Assembly (NCBI GenBank): GCA_029252345.1
Contig: JAQXBP010000088.1
Location: 71-64,070 of the forward strand
DNA: 64,000 nt
DNA from: Flavobacteriaceae bacterium
GTDB lineage: Bacteria; Bacteroidota; Bacteroidia; Flavobacteriales; Flavobacteriaceae
Reading direction: 5' to 3'
In this document: positions 30,009 to 39,888 of the stretch, in pieces
Layout: every line of letters begins with the position of its first letter
How positions within the stretch are numbered: position 1 is the stretch's first letter
Position numbers and translations under genes: made by a program
The notes under the pieces: generated by a model
Databases searched by the model: none
The model's input: only the letters and a program-made list of their open reading frames with translations
Told to the model about the DNA's origin: nothing

Positions 30009-30642
30009 AAATAGTAGGCCAGTTTCCGCTAGTGCTTACTTCAGACATAGAACCTAAAATAATCTCAGATCCATTAACACCATCAACCGAAATAACTTTA
30101 TTTTCTTGATCTAATAAATCTTTATTTTGATCAAATAGTACAACATCTTTTTTAACTTTAACTTCAAATACAGGCACCTGGTATCCATTTTTATCAATTA
30201 TATCTGCTTTGATAGAAAATTCAGAATCTGTTCCTCTTATAGGAACCTTAGCCATCATCTTATATGATTCATTTTGACCAAACAGTGAATCTTTTACTGA
30301 AACGAAACCTAGTGTATCAACAATTTCAACCTCCTTAAGCATATCAATCCTATATGTTCTATTGTATTCAAGGTATGATGAATCTCTTTTTTCAATAAGT
30401 GTAAATATCCCTGTATCAATAAAACTTACTAGGCTGTCAAAGTTATTTGCGTACAATCCAGTTACATCTTTATGGGCAATCTGGGCATTCCTTATATCTT
30501 TTAACCTATTAATAACTTGAGTATATCTCTCATTTTTTACTTTGTTAAACTTTATAGGTCCATTAATAGAGCTGTATATTTGTGATGCAAAAAAGATTGA
30601 TAGACACCATAAAAAGAAAAATAATGCACGTTTTTTATTCAT
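29986..30642 (-). CDS. Hypothetical membrane-anchored protein
   Basis: Start placed at MNKKRALFFFLWCLSIFFASQ (a signal anchor) because a TAnnTTTG box lies inside the longer ORF (to 30696), 21 nt upstream of this ATG. No family recognised. Confidence 0.5.
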   Translation of the reverse strand: MNKKRALFFFLWCLSIFFASQIYSSINGPIKFNKVKNERYTQVINRLKDIRNAQIAHKDVTGLYANNFDSLVSFIDTGIFTLIEKRDSSYLEYNRTYRIDMLKEVEIVDTLGFVSVKDSLFGQNESYKMMAKVPIRGTDSEFSIKADIIDKNGYQVPVFEVKVKKDVVLFDQNKDLLDQENKVISVDGVNGSEIILGSMSEVSTSGNWPTIFDAKNKE

Positions 30643-30663
30643 TTCATTAATTTTTGATTGTAA

Positions 30664-30671
30664 CAAATCTA
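30664..30671 (-). promoter_or_regulatory. Candidate -7 promoter box (TAGATTTG) for the 29986-30642 / DUF3822-like / rsmD string
   Basis: Exact TAnnTTTG match on the minus strand, 21 nt upstream of ATG 30642. Confidence 0.3.
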
Positions 30672-30730
30672 CAATTTTTTTTTTTTCGTGATACAATATA
30701 TAAATGAATTATATTAGAAAAATATTTTAA

Positions 30731-31453
30731 ATGAAAACAATAGCCTTAATACCCGCTAGACTCGAATCTGTAAGGTTTCCAAATAAATTATTAAAAAAAA
30801 TTAATGGAATTCCTATTATACTCAAAACTTACAGATCTGCTTTAGATACTAAACTTTTCGATGAAGTATATGTAGTCAGTGGTAATGATGAGATTTTAGA
30901 TCTTATAGTCTCAGAGGGTGGACAAGTCTTTAAATCTTTAAAGAATCATTCTTCAGGAACTGATAGAATTGCTGAAGCTGCAGTTAATATTGATCATCAT
31001 ATTGTTGTTAATCTTCAAGGCGATGAACCATTTATTAATAAAGATGCTATTAGTGATTTAATAAATTCATTCAAAAATCCGAATGTAAAAATTGCTTCAT
31101 TAATGACTAAATTCAAATCTTTTGATGAAATTAACAATCCAAATAATGTTAAGGTTATTCTAGATAATAATAGTAATGCTATTTATTTTTCTCGCTTGCC
31201 AATACCTTATAGTTCAAATAAAATAAAAGATTACAACAGACATATAGGTGTATATGCGTTTTTAAAAGAGTCATTAGTTGATTTTTCTAAATTAGAAAGA
31301 TCAAAACTTGAAATTATAGAAAATCTTGAGGGAAATAGAATTATTGAGAATTTGAGAAAAATTAAAATGGTTACTACTCCCTTTCATGGTATATCTATAG
31401 ATACTCCAGAAGATCTTATAAATGCAGAAAAATTTAATTCTCAAAATGATTAA
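30731..31453 (+). CDS. kdsB: 3-deoxy-manno-octulosonate cytidylyltransferase
   Basis: IALIPARLESVRFPNK, SGTDRIAEA and NLQGDEPF motifs. 240 aa. Confidence 0.9.
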   Translation: MKTIALIPARLESVRFPNKLLKKINGIPIILKTYRSALDTKLFDEVYVVSGNDEILDLIVSEGGQVFKSLKNHSSGTDRIAEAAVNIDHHIVVNLQGDEPFINKDAISDLINSFKNPNVKIASLMTKFKSFDEINNPNNVKVILDNNSNAIYFSRLPIPYSSNKIKDYNRHIGVYAFLKESLVDFSKLERSKLEIIENLEGNRIIENLRKIKMVTTPFHGISIDTPEDLINAEKFNSQND

Positions 31454-31979
31454 ATTTTTATCAAAATTTATATTAAATAAAGTTCTTGGTTGGAAAGTTG
31501 ATGGATTTTTACCGGTTAATGATAAATATATTATTGCTGTAGTTCCTCATTCTAGTTATTTTGATTTGATAGTAGCTGTTTTAATAAGGACTTATTCTGG
31601 TTTGAAAATTAAATTTATTGGAAAGAAAGAGTTGTTTAATCCAATCACATCATTTTTTTTTAAATTTCTTGGTGGAATTCCTGTTGATAGAAAGAAAAAC
31701 TCTAATCTAGTCGATGCGGTTGTTGATCTCTTTAAAAAAAATAAAATTGAAATTCTTGCAATTGCACCAGAAGGAACAAGAAAAAAAGTAAATAAATGGA
31801 AGACAGGATTCTACTTTATTGCATTGAAAACAGAACTACCTATACTAATGGTATCTTTTGATTATGATAGAAAAGAAGTTAAGATTAACAATAAATTTCA
31901 TCCAACAGGGAATATTGATAAAGATTTTAACAAGCTTAAGGAAATGGTAAGTGATGTAATTCTTAGAAATAAAATTTAA
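31446..31979 (+). CDS. 1-acyl-sn-glycerol-3-phosphate acyltransferase family protein
   Basis: HX4D motif (VPHSSYFD) and IAPEGTR motif. Start taken at ATG 31446, which overlaps the kdsB stop. Confidence 0.75.
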   Translation: MIKFLSKFILNKVLGWKVDGFLPVNDKYIIAVVPHSSYFDLIVAVLIRTYSGLKIKFIGKKELFNPITSFFFKFLGGIPVDRKKNSNLVDAVVDLFKKNKIEILAIAPEGTRKKVNKWKTGFYFIALKTELPILMVSFDYDRKEVKINNKFHPTGNIDKDFNKLKEMVSDVILRNKI

Positions 31980-32692
31980 TTATCAGATCTCAGATTATGA
32001 TAAACATTTTGAACATCGTCATCTTCATCAATCATATTTACTAATTTTTCTACTTTAATCATTTCATCTTCACTAAGATCTTTTAAAGTAATAGCCTCTC
32101 TTTCAAACTCACTGGATGTAATATTAAACTTTCTTCTTTCTAATTCTTTTTGAAGAGATCCGAAGTTTTCAAATTTTGCAGTAATACTTATTTCGTTTTC
32201 TGATTTGCTTAAATCTGTAACTCCAAAGTCTATTAGGTCTAATTCAAGTTCTTCGAGATCTAATCCTTCATCTCTTATTTGAAAGAAGCATAGATGATTA
32301 AATAAAAAATCTACCGATCCTGATGTAGCAAGACTACCATCACACTTATTAAAATAGCTTCTAATATTAGCTACAGTCCTATTATTGTTATTAGTAGCAG
32401 CTTCAACAAGAATAGCAATACCATAAGGAGCATAACCCTCAAGCAAAATCTCTTTAAAATCTTCTGTATTTTTTTCAGATGCATTTTTTATAGCTCTATC
32501 AATATTATCTTTAGGCATATTAGCAGCCTTTGCATTTTGAATAATAGCTCTTAATTTTGAATTAGTAGAAGGATCAGGTCCTGAATCTTTTACAGCAATT
32601 ATTATCTCTCTGCCTATTCTAGTAAAAGTTTTAGCCATATTAGACCATCTTTTCATTTTTCTAGCTTTTCTAAATTCAAATGCTCTACCCAT
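31976..32692 (-). CDS. YebC/PmpR family DNA-binding regulator
   Basis: N-terminus MGRAFEFRKARKMKRWSNMAKTFTRIGREI and AKAANMPKDNIDRAI. 238 aa. Confidence 0.9.
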   Translation of the reverse strand: MGRAFEFRKARKMKRWSNMAKTFTRIGREIIIAVKDSGPDPSTNSKLRAIIQNAKAANMPKDNIDRAIKNASEKNTEDFKEILLEGYAPYGIAILVEAATNNNNRTVANIRSYFNKCDGSLATSGSVDFLFNHLCFFQIRDEGLDLEELELDLIDFGVTDLSKSENEISITAKFENFGSLQKELERRKFNITSSEFEREAITLKDLSEDEMIKVEKLVNMIDEDDDVQNVYHNLRSDN

Positions 32693-32694
32693 AG

Positions 32695-33768
32695 TTAAAT
32701 AAAAGGTGTTTTTATAATTTCTGCTTCAAAAATATTACTTCTAATTTTAATATAAATTAAATCATCTTTATGATTTATATAATTAATATGCCCAATTCCA
32801 ATTCCTTTCTTTAGAACTGGTGAAAATGTACCTGAAGTTACCTGTCCAATTAATTTATTATCATTGTCAAATATTTCATAACCATTTCTTGGTATTGACT
32901 TTTCTTTTAACTTAAATCCAATCAATTTTTTATCGCATCCTTTTTGAATCTGCTCCCTAATAACTTGACTGCCGATAAAATCTGTTTCAACTTTAGTAAT
33001 CCATCTTAAACTTGCTTCTTCTGTTGTTATATTCTCATTAATATCATTTCCATATAAACAATACCCCATCTCAATTCTTAATGTATCCCTTGCAGCTAAA
33101 CCAATAGGTTTTAAATTAAATTCTTTTTGACTAAATAGTGAATCCCATACAGATCCTGCACAATAATTAGGTATGTATAACTCAAATCCACCCGAACCAG
33201 TATACCCAGTTTTAGAAATTATAATATTTTCAAACCCTGCAAATGAGGAAATAATAAATGAATAATTAGAGATTAATGATAGGTCTTCATCACTTAATTT
33301 TTGACATAATTCTTCAGCTTTTGGTCCTTGTACAGCAAGAAGTGAAACTTCATCAGATATATTGACTAGAGAGCAATTAAATTCATCATTTTGTTTAATA
33401 ATCCAATCCCAATCTTTAGATATATTTGAAGCATTTACAACTAGTAGGTATTTTTTTTCTTCAAGTCTATAAACAATAAGGTCATCTATAATACCACCAT
33501 GTTCATTTGTTAAGCAATTGTATTGTGCCTTTCCAACTTTTATTTTTGATATGTCATTAGAACATATGTGTTGAATAAAATTTAGAGAATTTGATCCTGA
33601 AATTTCAATTTCACCCATATGAGAAACATCAAACACTCCAACTTCGTTTCTGACATGGAGGTGTTCTTCGTTAACAGATGAATAGCTAATAGGCATAAGA
33701 TAATTAGCAAAGTCGACAATTTTTGCATTTAATTTTTTATGTCTATCGAATAGAACTGTTTTTTTCAT
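32695..33768 (-). CDS. gcvT: Glycine cleavage system aminomethyltransferase GcvT
   Basis: MKKTVLFDRHKKLNAKIVDFANYLMPISY, VFDVSHMGE, GYTGSGGFELY and ARDTLRIEMG. Start at 33768 rather than 33804. Confidence 0.92.
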   Translation of the reverse strand: MKKTVLFDRHKKLNAKIVDFANYLMPISYSSVNEEHLHVRNEVGVFDVSHMGEIEISGSNSLNFIQHICSNDISKIKVGKAQYNCLTNEHGGIIDDLIVYRLEEKKYLLVVNASNISKDWDWIIKQNDEFNCSLVNISDEVSLLAVQGPKAEELCQKLSDEDLSLISNYSFIISSFAGFENIIISKTGYTGSGGFELYIPNYCAGSVWDSLFSQKEFNLKPIGLAARDTLRIEMGYCLYGNDINENITTEEASLRWITKVETDFIGSQVIREQIQKGCDKKLIGFKLKEKSIPRNGYEIFDNDNKLIGQVTSGTFSPVLKKGIGIGHINYINHKDDLIYIKIRSNIFEAEIIKTPFI

Positions 33769-33793
33769 TAATTTAATCTCTAAATATATAATT

Positions 33794-35227
33794 ATGAAAT
33801 TCAAAAATACTCTTTTTTTATTATTGATTTTTTCCTCTTCAAATATTCTATCAAGCCAGCAATATATTGACGATTTAGGTTCAGAATTTCATACAAAAAA
33901 AAGACAAGAATTTAGAGATAAAATGCCTCAAAATAGTGTTGCATTTTTTTTCACTTCTCCAGTAATGAAGAGATCTAATGATACAGATTTCATGTATCAT
34001 CAAGATCCTAATTTTTATTATTTATCAGGTTGGAGAGAGCCACATGGTGTGCTTGTAATATTTAAAGATGATCAACAAGATGATAAAGGATTATTTAATG
34101 AAATACTTTTTGTTAGAGAGAAGAACGAATATAGAGAAATGTGGGATGGAAGAAGACTTGGTTTACAAGGTGCAAAAAAAATGGGTTTTGACAGAGTTAA
34201 ACTTAGATCAGAATTTATTGAAAACCCCATCAAAACTCAAAGTTTTTCAAATGTCTTAAACATGCATATTAGAGATGATGTAAGAGATTTTAAAGATGAT
34301 AAATATGATTTATATGATATTCAAAACAAGTTCCTTGAAATTATTTCTGATAAAGAACTCACAGCTGGTTTGGGTGACATAAAAAAAGAATTTAAATATA
34401 ATTCAGTTGATAATATTATGTCTACTCTAAGACAAACAAAAGATTCTTTAGAAATTAAGCTATTAACTAAAGCTATCAAAATTTCTTCACTTGCTCAAAT
34501 TGAAGTTATGAAAGCTATACATGGAGAAATGACAGAAAGAGAAGTTCAGGGTATTCATGAATTTATTTATAGAAAATATGGTGCAGCTCACGAGGGTTAC
34601 AACTCAATTGTAGGTGCTGGAGCAAATTCGTGTATTTTACATTATGTTACCAATGAAGATATTAATATTGATAATGAGCTAATTCTTATGGATCTTGGAG
34701 CTGAATATAGAGGTTATACTGCAGATGTAACTAGAACAATTCCAGTAAATGGTAAATTTTCTAAAGAACAAAAAGAAATCTATGATCTAGTATATGAATC
34801 TCAAACAGAGGCAATAAAAAAAGCTATAATCGGAAATACTTTTAATGATATTTATATTGAGAGTCTTAAAATAATTTCAAAGGGATTGATAAGTTTAGGA
34901 ATTATAGATGATGTTAAAGAAGCAAGAAAATATTATCCTCATGGAGTTTCGCATCATATAGGTTTAGATGTTCATGACCCAGGATCTAGAACATTAGAAA
35001 AGAATATGGTTATAACCGTAGAGCCAGGTATTTATATTCCTAAAAACAGTGATTGTGATCCAAAATGGTGGAATATAGGTGTAAGAATTGAGGACGATAT
35101 CTTAATAACTGACTCTGAACCAATAAATCTTTCAATAGATGCTCCAAGGTCATCAAATGAAATTGAGAAGATCATGAAATTAGAGAGTCCAATTAACCAA
35201 TTATTACTTCCAGATATAAATGATTAA
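33794..35227 (+). CDS. pepP: Xaa-Pro aminopeptidase (M24B), secreted
   Basis: Signal peptide MKFKNTLFLLLIFSSSNILSSQ. Metal ligands in MDLGAEYRGYTADVTRT, HGVSHHIGLDVHD, VEPGIY and IRIEDD. Confidence 0.88.
   Translation: MKFKNTLFLLLIFSSSNILSSQQYIDDLGSEFHTKKRQEFRDKMPQNSVAFFFTSPVMKRSNDTDFMYHQDPNFYYLSGWREPHGVLVIFKDDQQDDKGLFNEILFVREKNEYREMWDGRRLGLQGAKKMGFDRVKLRSEFIENPIKTQSFSNVLNMHIRDDVRDFKDDKYDLYDIQNKFLEIISDKELTAGLGDIKKEFKYNSVDNIMSTLRQTKDSLEIKLLTKAIKISSLAQIEVMKAIHGEMTEREVQGIHEFIYRKYGAAHEGYNSIVGAGANSCILHYVTNEDINIDNELILMDLGAEYRGYTADVTRTIPVNGKFSKEQKEIYDLVYESQTEAIKKAIIGNTFNDIYIESLKIISKGLISLGIIDDVKEARKYYPHGVSHHIGLDVHDPGSRTLEKNMVITVEPGIYIPKNSDCDPKWWNIGVRIEDDILITDSEPINLSIDAPRSSNEIEKIMKLESPINQLLLPDIND
33802..33809 (-). 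promoter_or_regulatory. Candidate -7 promoter box (TATTTTTG) for gcvT, embedded in the first codons of the divergent pepP
   Basis: Exact TAnnTTTG match on the minus strand, 33 nt upstream of the gcvT ATG. Confidence 0.3.
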
Positions 35228-36525
35228 TTTCTGTTTAGTAATATTTCTTTAAGCTCAGAATAATTTTCAATTGATTGTGATTGCTTTTCTTTTTTCATGA
35301 TTTTAATAACTGAATTTGGATATTTTATTTTTGAGCTAATCGTATCCTCAACTACATTTTTAAATTTTATTGAATGGGCTGTAGAAATAAATATTCCATT
35401 TATGTTGTTATCATTGTCCTCCATATACTCTTTTAATCCAAGATAACCAATTGCTGAGTGTGGATCAATTAAATAGTCTTGTGATGTAAATAGTTTTCGT
35501 ATTGCTTCTTTAGTTTTTTTATCATTGTAGCTAAATCCAGATATATTTTTCCTGATTTTCTGTAAATCATTATTATATATTTTTTGAATCCGTATGAAGT
35601 TGCTTGGATTTGACACATCCATTGCATTAGAAATTGTAGGATATGTTTTATTAGGTTCAAAAATACCATCCCTAATATATCTAGGAATAGTGTCATTTAT
35701 GTTAGTAGAAGCAATAAAGTGATGAATTGGTAAACCCATAGATTTTGAAAGAACTCCTGCACATATATTTCCAAAGTTCCCACTCGGAACAGAAAAAACA
35801 TTTTTTTTATTATTCTTGATTTTTTTATATGCTAAAAAATAATAAAACATCTGAGGAAGCCATCTAGCAACATTAATTGAGTTTGCAGAAGTCAAAGCAA
35901 TTTTTCTATTAATTTCCTGATCGTTAAATGCTTTTTTAACCATTGACTGGCATAAATCAAAATCACCTTCTACCTCAATTGCATTAACATATGAACCATT
36001 AGTAGTTATCTGTTTTTCTTGGACTTTACTTATTTTTCCTTTAGGATATAAAATACATACATCAATATCTTTTGTTTTAGAAAAACCTTTAGCTACAGCA
36101 CCACCAGTATCTCCTGAAGTAGCTACTAAAACTGTAATTTTTTTTGATGTGTAGCTATCCTTGAAATGATCTAAACATGACGCCATGAACTTAGCACCTA
36201 TATCCTTAAAAGCTAAAGTAGGTCCATGGAATAATTCAAGCGAATAAATAGATTTTTCTATTTTCTTTAAAGGAATTTTAAAAGAGACAGTGTCCTTTAT
36301 AATTTCTAATAATTTATTCTTTGGAATTTCATCACCTATATACTTTTTTATTACTTCATAACAGATTTCAATATCATCTAGATTCTTTAATGAATCAATA
36401 AAATTCTCTGTAAGTTTTACATTCTTATCAGGAAAATATAAACCTTTATCAGGAGCTAACCCGTTTATGACAGCCTTCTTAAATGAAGTAGGAGCAGAGT
36501 TGTGGTTTAAACTTACATATTTCAT
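35224..36525 (-). CDS. thrC: Threonine synthase
   Basis: PLP lysine context FHGPTLAFKDIG and TSGDTGGA. 433 aa. Last gene of the thrABC string. Confidence 0.9.
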   Translation of the reverse strand: MKYVSLNHNSAPTSFKKAVINGLAPDKGLYFPDKNVKLTENFIDSLKNLDDIEICYEVIKKYIGDEIPKNKLLEIIKDTVSFKIPLKKIEKSIYSLELFHGPTLAFKDIGAKFMASCLDHFKDSYTSKKITVLVATSGDTGGAVAKGFSKTKDIDVCILYPKGKISKVQEKQITTNGSYVNAIEVEGDFDLCQSMVKKAFNDQEINRKIALTSANSINVARWLPQMFYYFLAYKKIKNNKKNVFSVPSGNFGNICAGVLSKSMGLPIHHFIASTNINDTIPRYIRDGIFEPNKTYPTISNAMDVSNPSNFIRIQKIYNNDLQKIRKNISGFSYNDKKTKEAIRKLFTSQDYLIDPHSAIGYLGLKEYMEDNDNNINGIFISTAHSIKFKNVVEDTISSKIKYPNSVIKIMKKEKQSQSIENYSELKEILLNRN

Positions 36526-37451
36526 TTTGATTCAAGTATTTTTATACCTGTTGGGTTTATTTTAGAAATAAACCCATCATAATTAATACCTTGTTTATCA
36601 TAATGATTACTTGCAGTTTCTAAAATTTTTTTTGAAATAATAGTATTGTTTGATAATGAAAAAATTGAGGGTCCAGATCCAGAAATTCCTACAGCAATAG
36701 CTCCACTATTTTTTGATTTTTTTTTAATTATATCAAATTCTGGTATTAAAATTTTTCTATTAGGCTCTGCAATAATATCTACAACAGATCTAGACATTAG
36801 ATCAAAGTCTTCAGTATATAAACTACTAACAAAGGAAGCAAGATTAGCAGATTGTTTAACCACTTTCTCAATTTTAATCTTTTTTTTCACAACTTTTCTT
36901 GAATCTGAAGTTTTAATCTCAATATTAGGTCTAATTATAATTACTTCTAATGTTTTTGGAGATGGAAGTTTTATAACATCAATTTCATCAATTGATCTTA
37001 CTAAAGTTATTCCACCTAATATAATAGGAGCAACATTATCTGCATGATATGAGCCACTTACAAATTTTTCACCCTCCATTGAGAATTTTATCAAATCTAA
37101 TTGACTAAAAGGTGAATCAAGCAGTTGGTTAATTGCAAATACTGTTCCTGCTGAACTAGCAGCTGAACTACCTATACCGCTTCCAGGTTTAATACCCTTC
37201 TTTATCTCAATTTCAAAACCAAATTTAGTAGAGATGTTTTTTAGTAGAGCTTGGGCTGCAATTCCTGCTACATTTTCATTAATGTCTTTTGATATATCAT
37301 ATTCATCATTTGACTTAATTACTATTCCCTTATTACTAGTTTTAGTAACTGTAATCTCATCTCCTCTATTATTGAGACAAACACCTAGAACATCATATCC
37401 ACAAGATAAATTAGTAATGCTTCCGGGCGAAAAAACTTTTATTCTATCCAT
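36522..37451 (-). CDS. thrB: Homoserine kinase
   Basis: GHMP kinase motif IKPGSGIGSSAASSAG. 309 aa. Confidence 0.9.
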   Translation of the reverse strand: MDRIKVFSPGSITNLSCGYDVLGVCLNNRGDEITVTKTSNKGIVIKSNDEYDISKDINENVAGIAAQALLKNISTKFGFEIEIKKGIKPGSGIGSSAASSAGTVFAINQLLDSPFSQLDLIKFSMEGEKFVSGSYHADNVAPIILGGITLVRSIDEIDVIKLPSPKTLEVIIIRPNIEIKTSDSRKVVKKKIKIEKVVKQSANLASFVSSLYTEDFDLMSRSVVDIIAEPNRKILIPEFDIIKKKSKNSGAIAVGISGSGPSIFSLSNNTIISKKILETASNHYDKQGINYDGFISKINPTGIKILESK

Positions 37452-39888
37452 TTTCTTGACTTGCTTTTATTATATCAGCAAACACTCCAGATGCAGTAAA
37501 TTCACCTCCAGCACCTGCACCCTTAACAACTAAAGGTGAGTCTTTATACCTTTCAGTATGAAATACAGTAATATTATCGCTTCCAACTAAGTTATAAAAT
37601 GGATGATCATTTTGAACAGCTTCAAGACCAACACTAGCTTTACCTTTATCAAGTTTAGCCACATATTTTAATCTTGAATTTTTATCTTTTGCATTATTTA
37701 AAATAGTGTTGAAGTGTTCTTTGTTTTTCTTTAATGATAATAGAAAATCTTCTTTAGATTCTGAATTTATAGATTCATTAGGTAAAAAATGATTTTTTTT
37801 AATGTCATCAAATTCAAGTTTATAACCACTTTCTCTAGCCAAGATTAATATTTTTCTTGATACATCAACTCCGCATAAATCAATTTTTGGGTCTGGCTCA
37901 GTATATCCTAGACCTACTGCATTAGATACAATCTCATGAAAAGTGTCATTTTCTTGAAAATTATTAAAAATATAATTTAAAGTTCCAGATAGAACAGCTT
38001 CAATTTTTATGATTTTATCACCTGAATTTATAAGGTTATTTAGTGTGCTAATAATTGGAACTGCTGCACCTACATTAGTTTCATATAAAAATGGTGAGTT
38101 GTTATCTCTAGATAAGGACTTTAGATCTTCATAGCTAGAAAAAACATCTGAATTAGCAATTTTGTTACAGGTTATGATTCCTACACCATTTTTTAGATAT
38201 TCTCTATATGTATTAGGTATCAAATCACTTGCAGTATTATCTATAAATAAACTGTTTCTCAGGTTTAATTCTAAAATCTTTTGCTGAAAAACATTACTGT
38301 TTGCATTTATTGTAGATTTATTTAATTGTTCTATCCAGTTATTTAGATTTATTTCAGAATTAGATATTATCATTTTTCTGGAATTGGATATTCCAAGTAC
38401 TTTTAAATTTATTTTAAGATTTTTTGCAATAAATTGTTTTTGATTTTTAATTTGATCTATTAAAAATCCACCAACATTTCCTACTCCAGTTATAAATAGA
38501 TGAATATCCTTAAGATTATCTTCAAAAAAGATTTCGTGTAATGCGTTTAGTGCTTTTTTTGTATTAGTCTCATCAATGATAATTGATATATTTCTCTCAG
38601 ATGCACCTTGTGCTATTGCTCTAATGTTTATGTTGTTTTGACCTAACGCGTTGAATAACTTACCACTTATACCTTTTTTACTTTTCATCTTATCTCCAAC
38701 GATCGCAATATTAGATAAGCCAGTCTCTATTTGAGATTTATTTATTCTATTTTGGGATATTTCAAATTCAAACTCTTCATCAATTACTTTTTTAGCAGTT
38801 GAGGCATCATCTGAATCAATTGCGATACAAATTGAAAATTCTGAAGAAGCTTGAGTAATCATTACAACATTAATTTTATGTATAGATAGAGATTCAAAAA
38901 ATCTTTTTGAGAACCCAGGAACTCCAACCATACCTGAGCCTTCAAAATTAAGGATTGAAATATTTTTTATATGACTGATCCCTTTTACAATTTCATCATC
39001 GTCAAGTTTTGTTGAATTTGATATGCATGTACCGTTAGCTTCTGGATCAAATGTATTTTTGATATAAACAGGTATGTTTTCCTCAATTAAAGGCTGAAGA
39101 GTTGGGAAATAAATAACTTTTGCCCCAAAAAAAGAGAGTTCCATAGCTTCTTTATAAGAAAGGAACTCAATTGGTAATGCCTTTTTAACAATCTTGGGGT
39201 TTGCACTATACACTCCACTAACATCAGTCCAAATTTCAAGAGATTTTGCATTGCAATATTTTGCAAAAATAGCAGCACTATAATCAGACCCACCTCTTCC
39301 TAAGTTTGAAATTTCATTTTTCTCATTGGAACAAATATATCCGGGAGCAATAATAAATTTTGATTTGATTAAGTCTAATTTATTTTTAATGTTTATAGAT
39401 GATTTATCATTATCCAGTACTTCATTATTGTTAAAGTTTTTACTGTAAATAACTTCTTTTGAGTCAATAAATGATATATCAAAACTCTTTTGTTTTAGAA
39501 TTTCAAAAATTATGTTGCTTGAAAGTATTTCGCCAAGAGTTAACACTTTTGAAATTGTTTTTTGAGTCACCTCATCTATTGTAGAAATAGCATCAAATAT
39601 ATCTTCAAGCTCATTTAGTTTTTCTTTCAAAAAACTTTTTAGCGAACTTTGAGCATTTAAGCTAGATAGATTCTCTATTACCTCTAAATGTCTCTTTTCA
39701 ATTTCTTTGATTACATCTTCAGTAGACTTTCCTTTTAAGTGAAGACATTTTTGAAGTAGATTGGTAATACCGCTAAATGCAGATACAACAATAATTATGT
39801 TGTCATCATAGCTTTCTAGAATGGTAATAACCTTTGATATTGATTTTGAATCAGCAACAGATGTGCCCCCAAACTTTAGAACTTTCAA
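37444..39888 (-). CDS. thrA: Bifunctional aspartokinase / homoserine dehydrogenase
   Basis: MKVLKFGGTSV, GRGGSDYSAA, ACT regions and a C-terminal homoserine dehydrogenase (FITGVGNVGG, GAGAGGEFTASG). TTG start overlaps the clpC stop (TTGA). Confidence 0.92.
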   Translation of the reverse strand: MKVLKFGGTSVADSKSISKVITILESYDDNIIIVVSAFSGITNLLQKCLHLKGKSTEDVIKEIEKRHLEVIENLSSLNAQSSLKSFLKEKLNELEDIFDAISTIDEVTQKTISKVLTLGEILSSNIIFEILKQKSFDISFIDSKEVIYSKNFNNNEVLDNDKSSINIKNKLDLIKSKFIIAPGYICSNEKNEISNLGRGGSDYSAAIFAKYCNAKSLEIWTDVSGVYSANPKIVKKALPIEFLSYKEAMELSFFGAKVIYFPTLQPLIEENIPVYIKNTFDPEANGTCISNSTKLDDDEIVKGISHIKNISILNFEGSGMVGVPGFSKRFFESLSIHKINVVMITQASSEFSICIAIDSDDASTAKKVIDEEFEFEISQNRINKSQIETGLSNIAIVGDKMKSKKGISGKLFNALGQNNINIRAIAQGASERNISIIIDETNTKKALNALHEIFFEDNLKDIHLFITGVGNVGGFLIDQIKNQKQFIAKNLKINLKVLGISNSRKMIISNSEINLNNWIEQLNKSTINANSNVFQQKILELNLRNSLFIDNTASDLIPNTYREYLKNGVGIITCNKIANSDVFSSYEDLKSLSRDNNSPFLYETNVGAAVPIISTLNNLINSGDKIIKIEAVLSGTLNYIFNNFQENDTFHEIVSNAVGLGYTEPDPKIDLCGVDVSRKILILARESGYKLEFDDIKKNHFLPNESINSESKEDFLLSLKKNKEHFNTILNNAKDKNSRLKYVAKLDKGKASVGLEAVQNDHPFYNLVGSDNITVFHTERYKDSPLVVKGAGAGGEFTASGVFADIIKASQENG

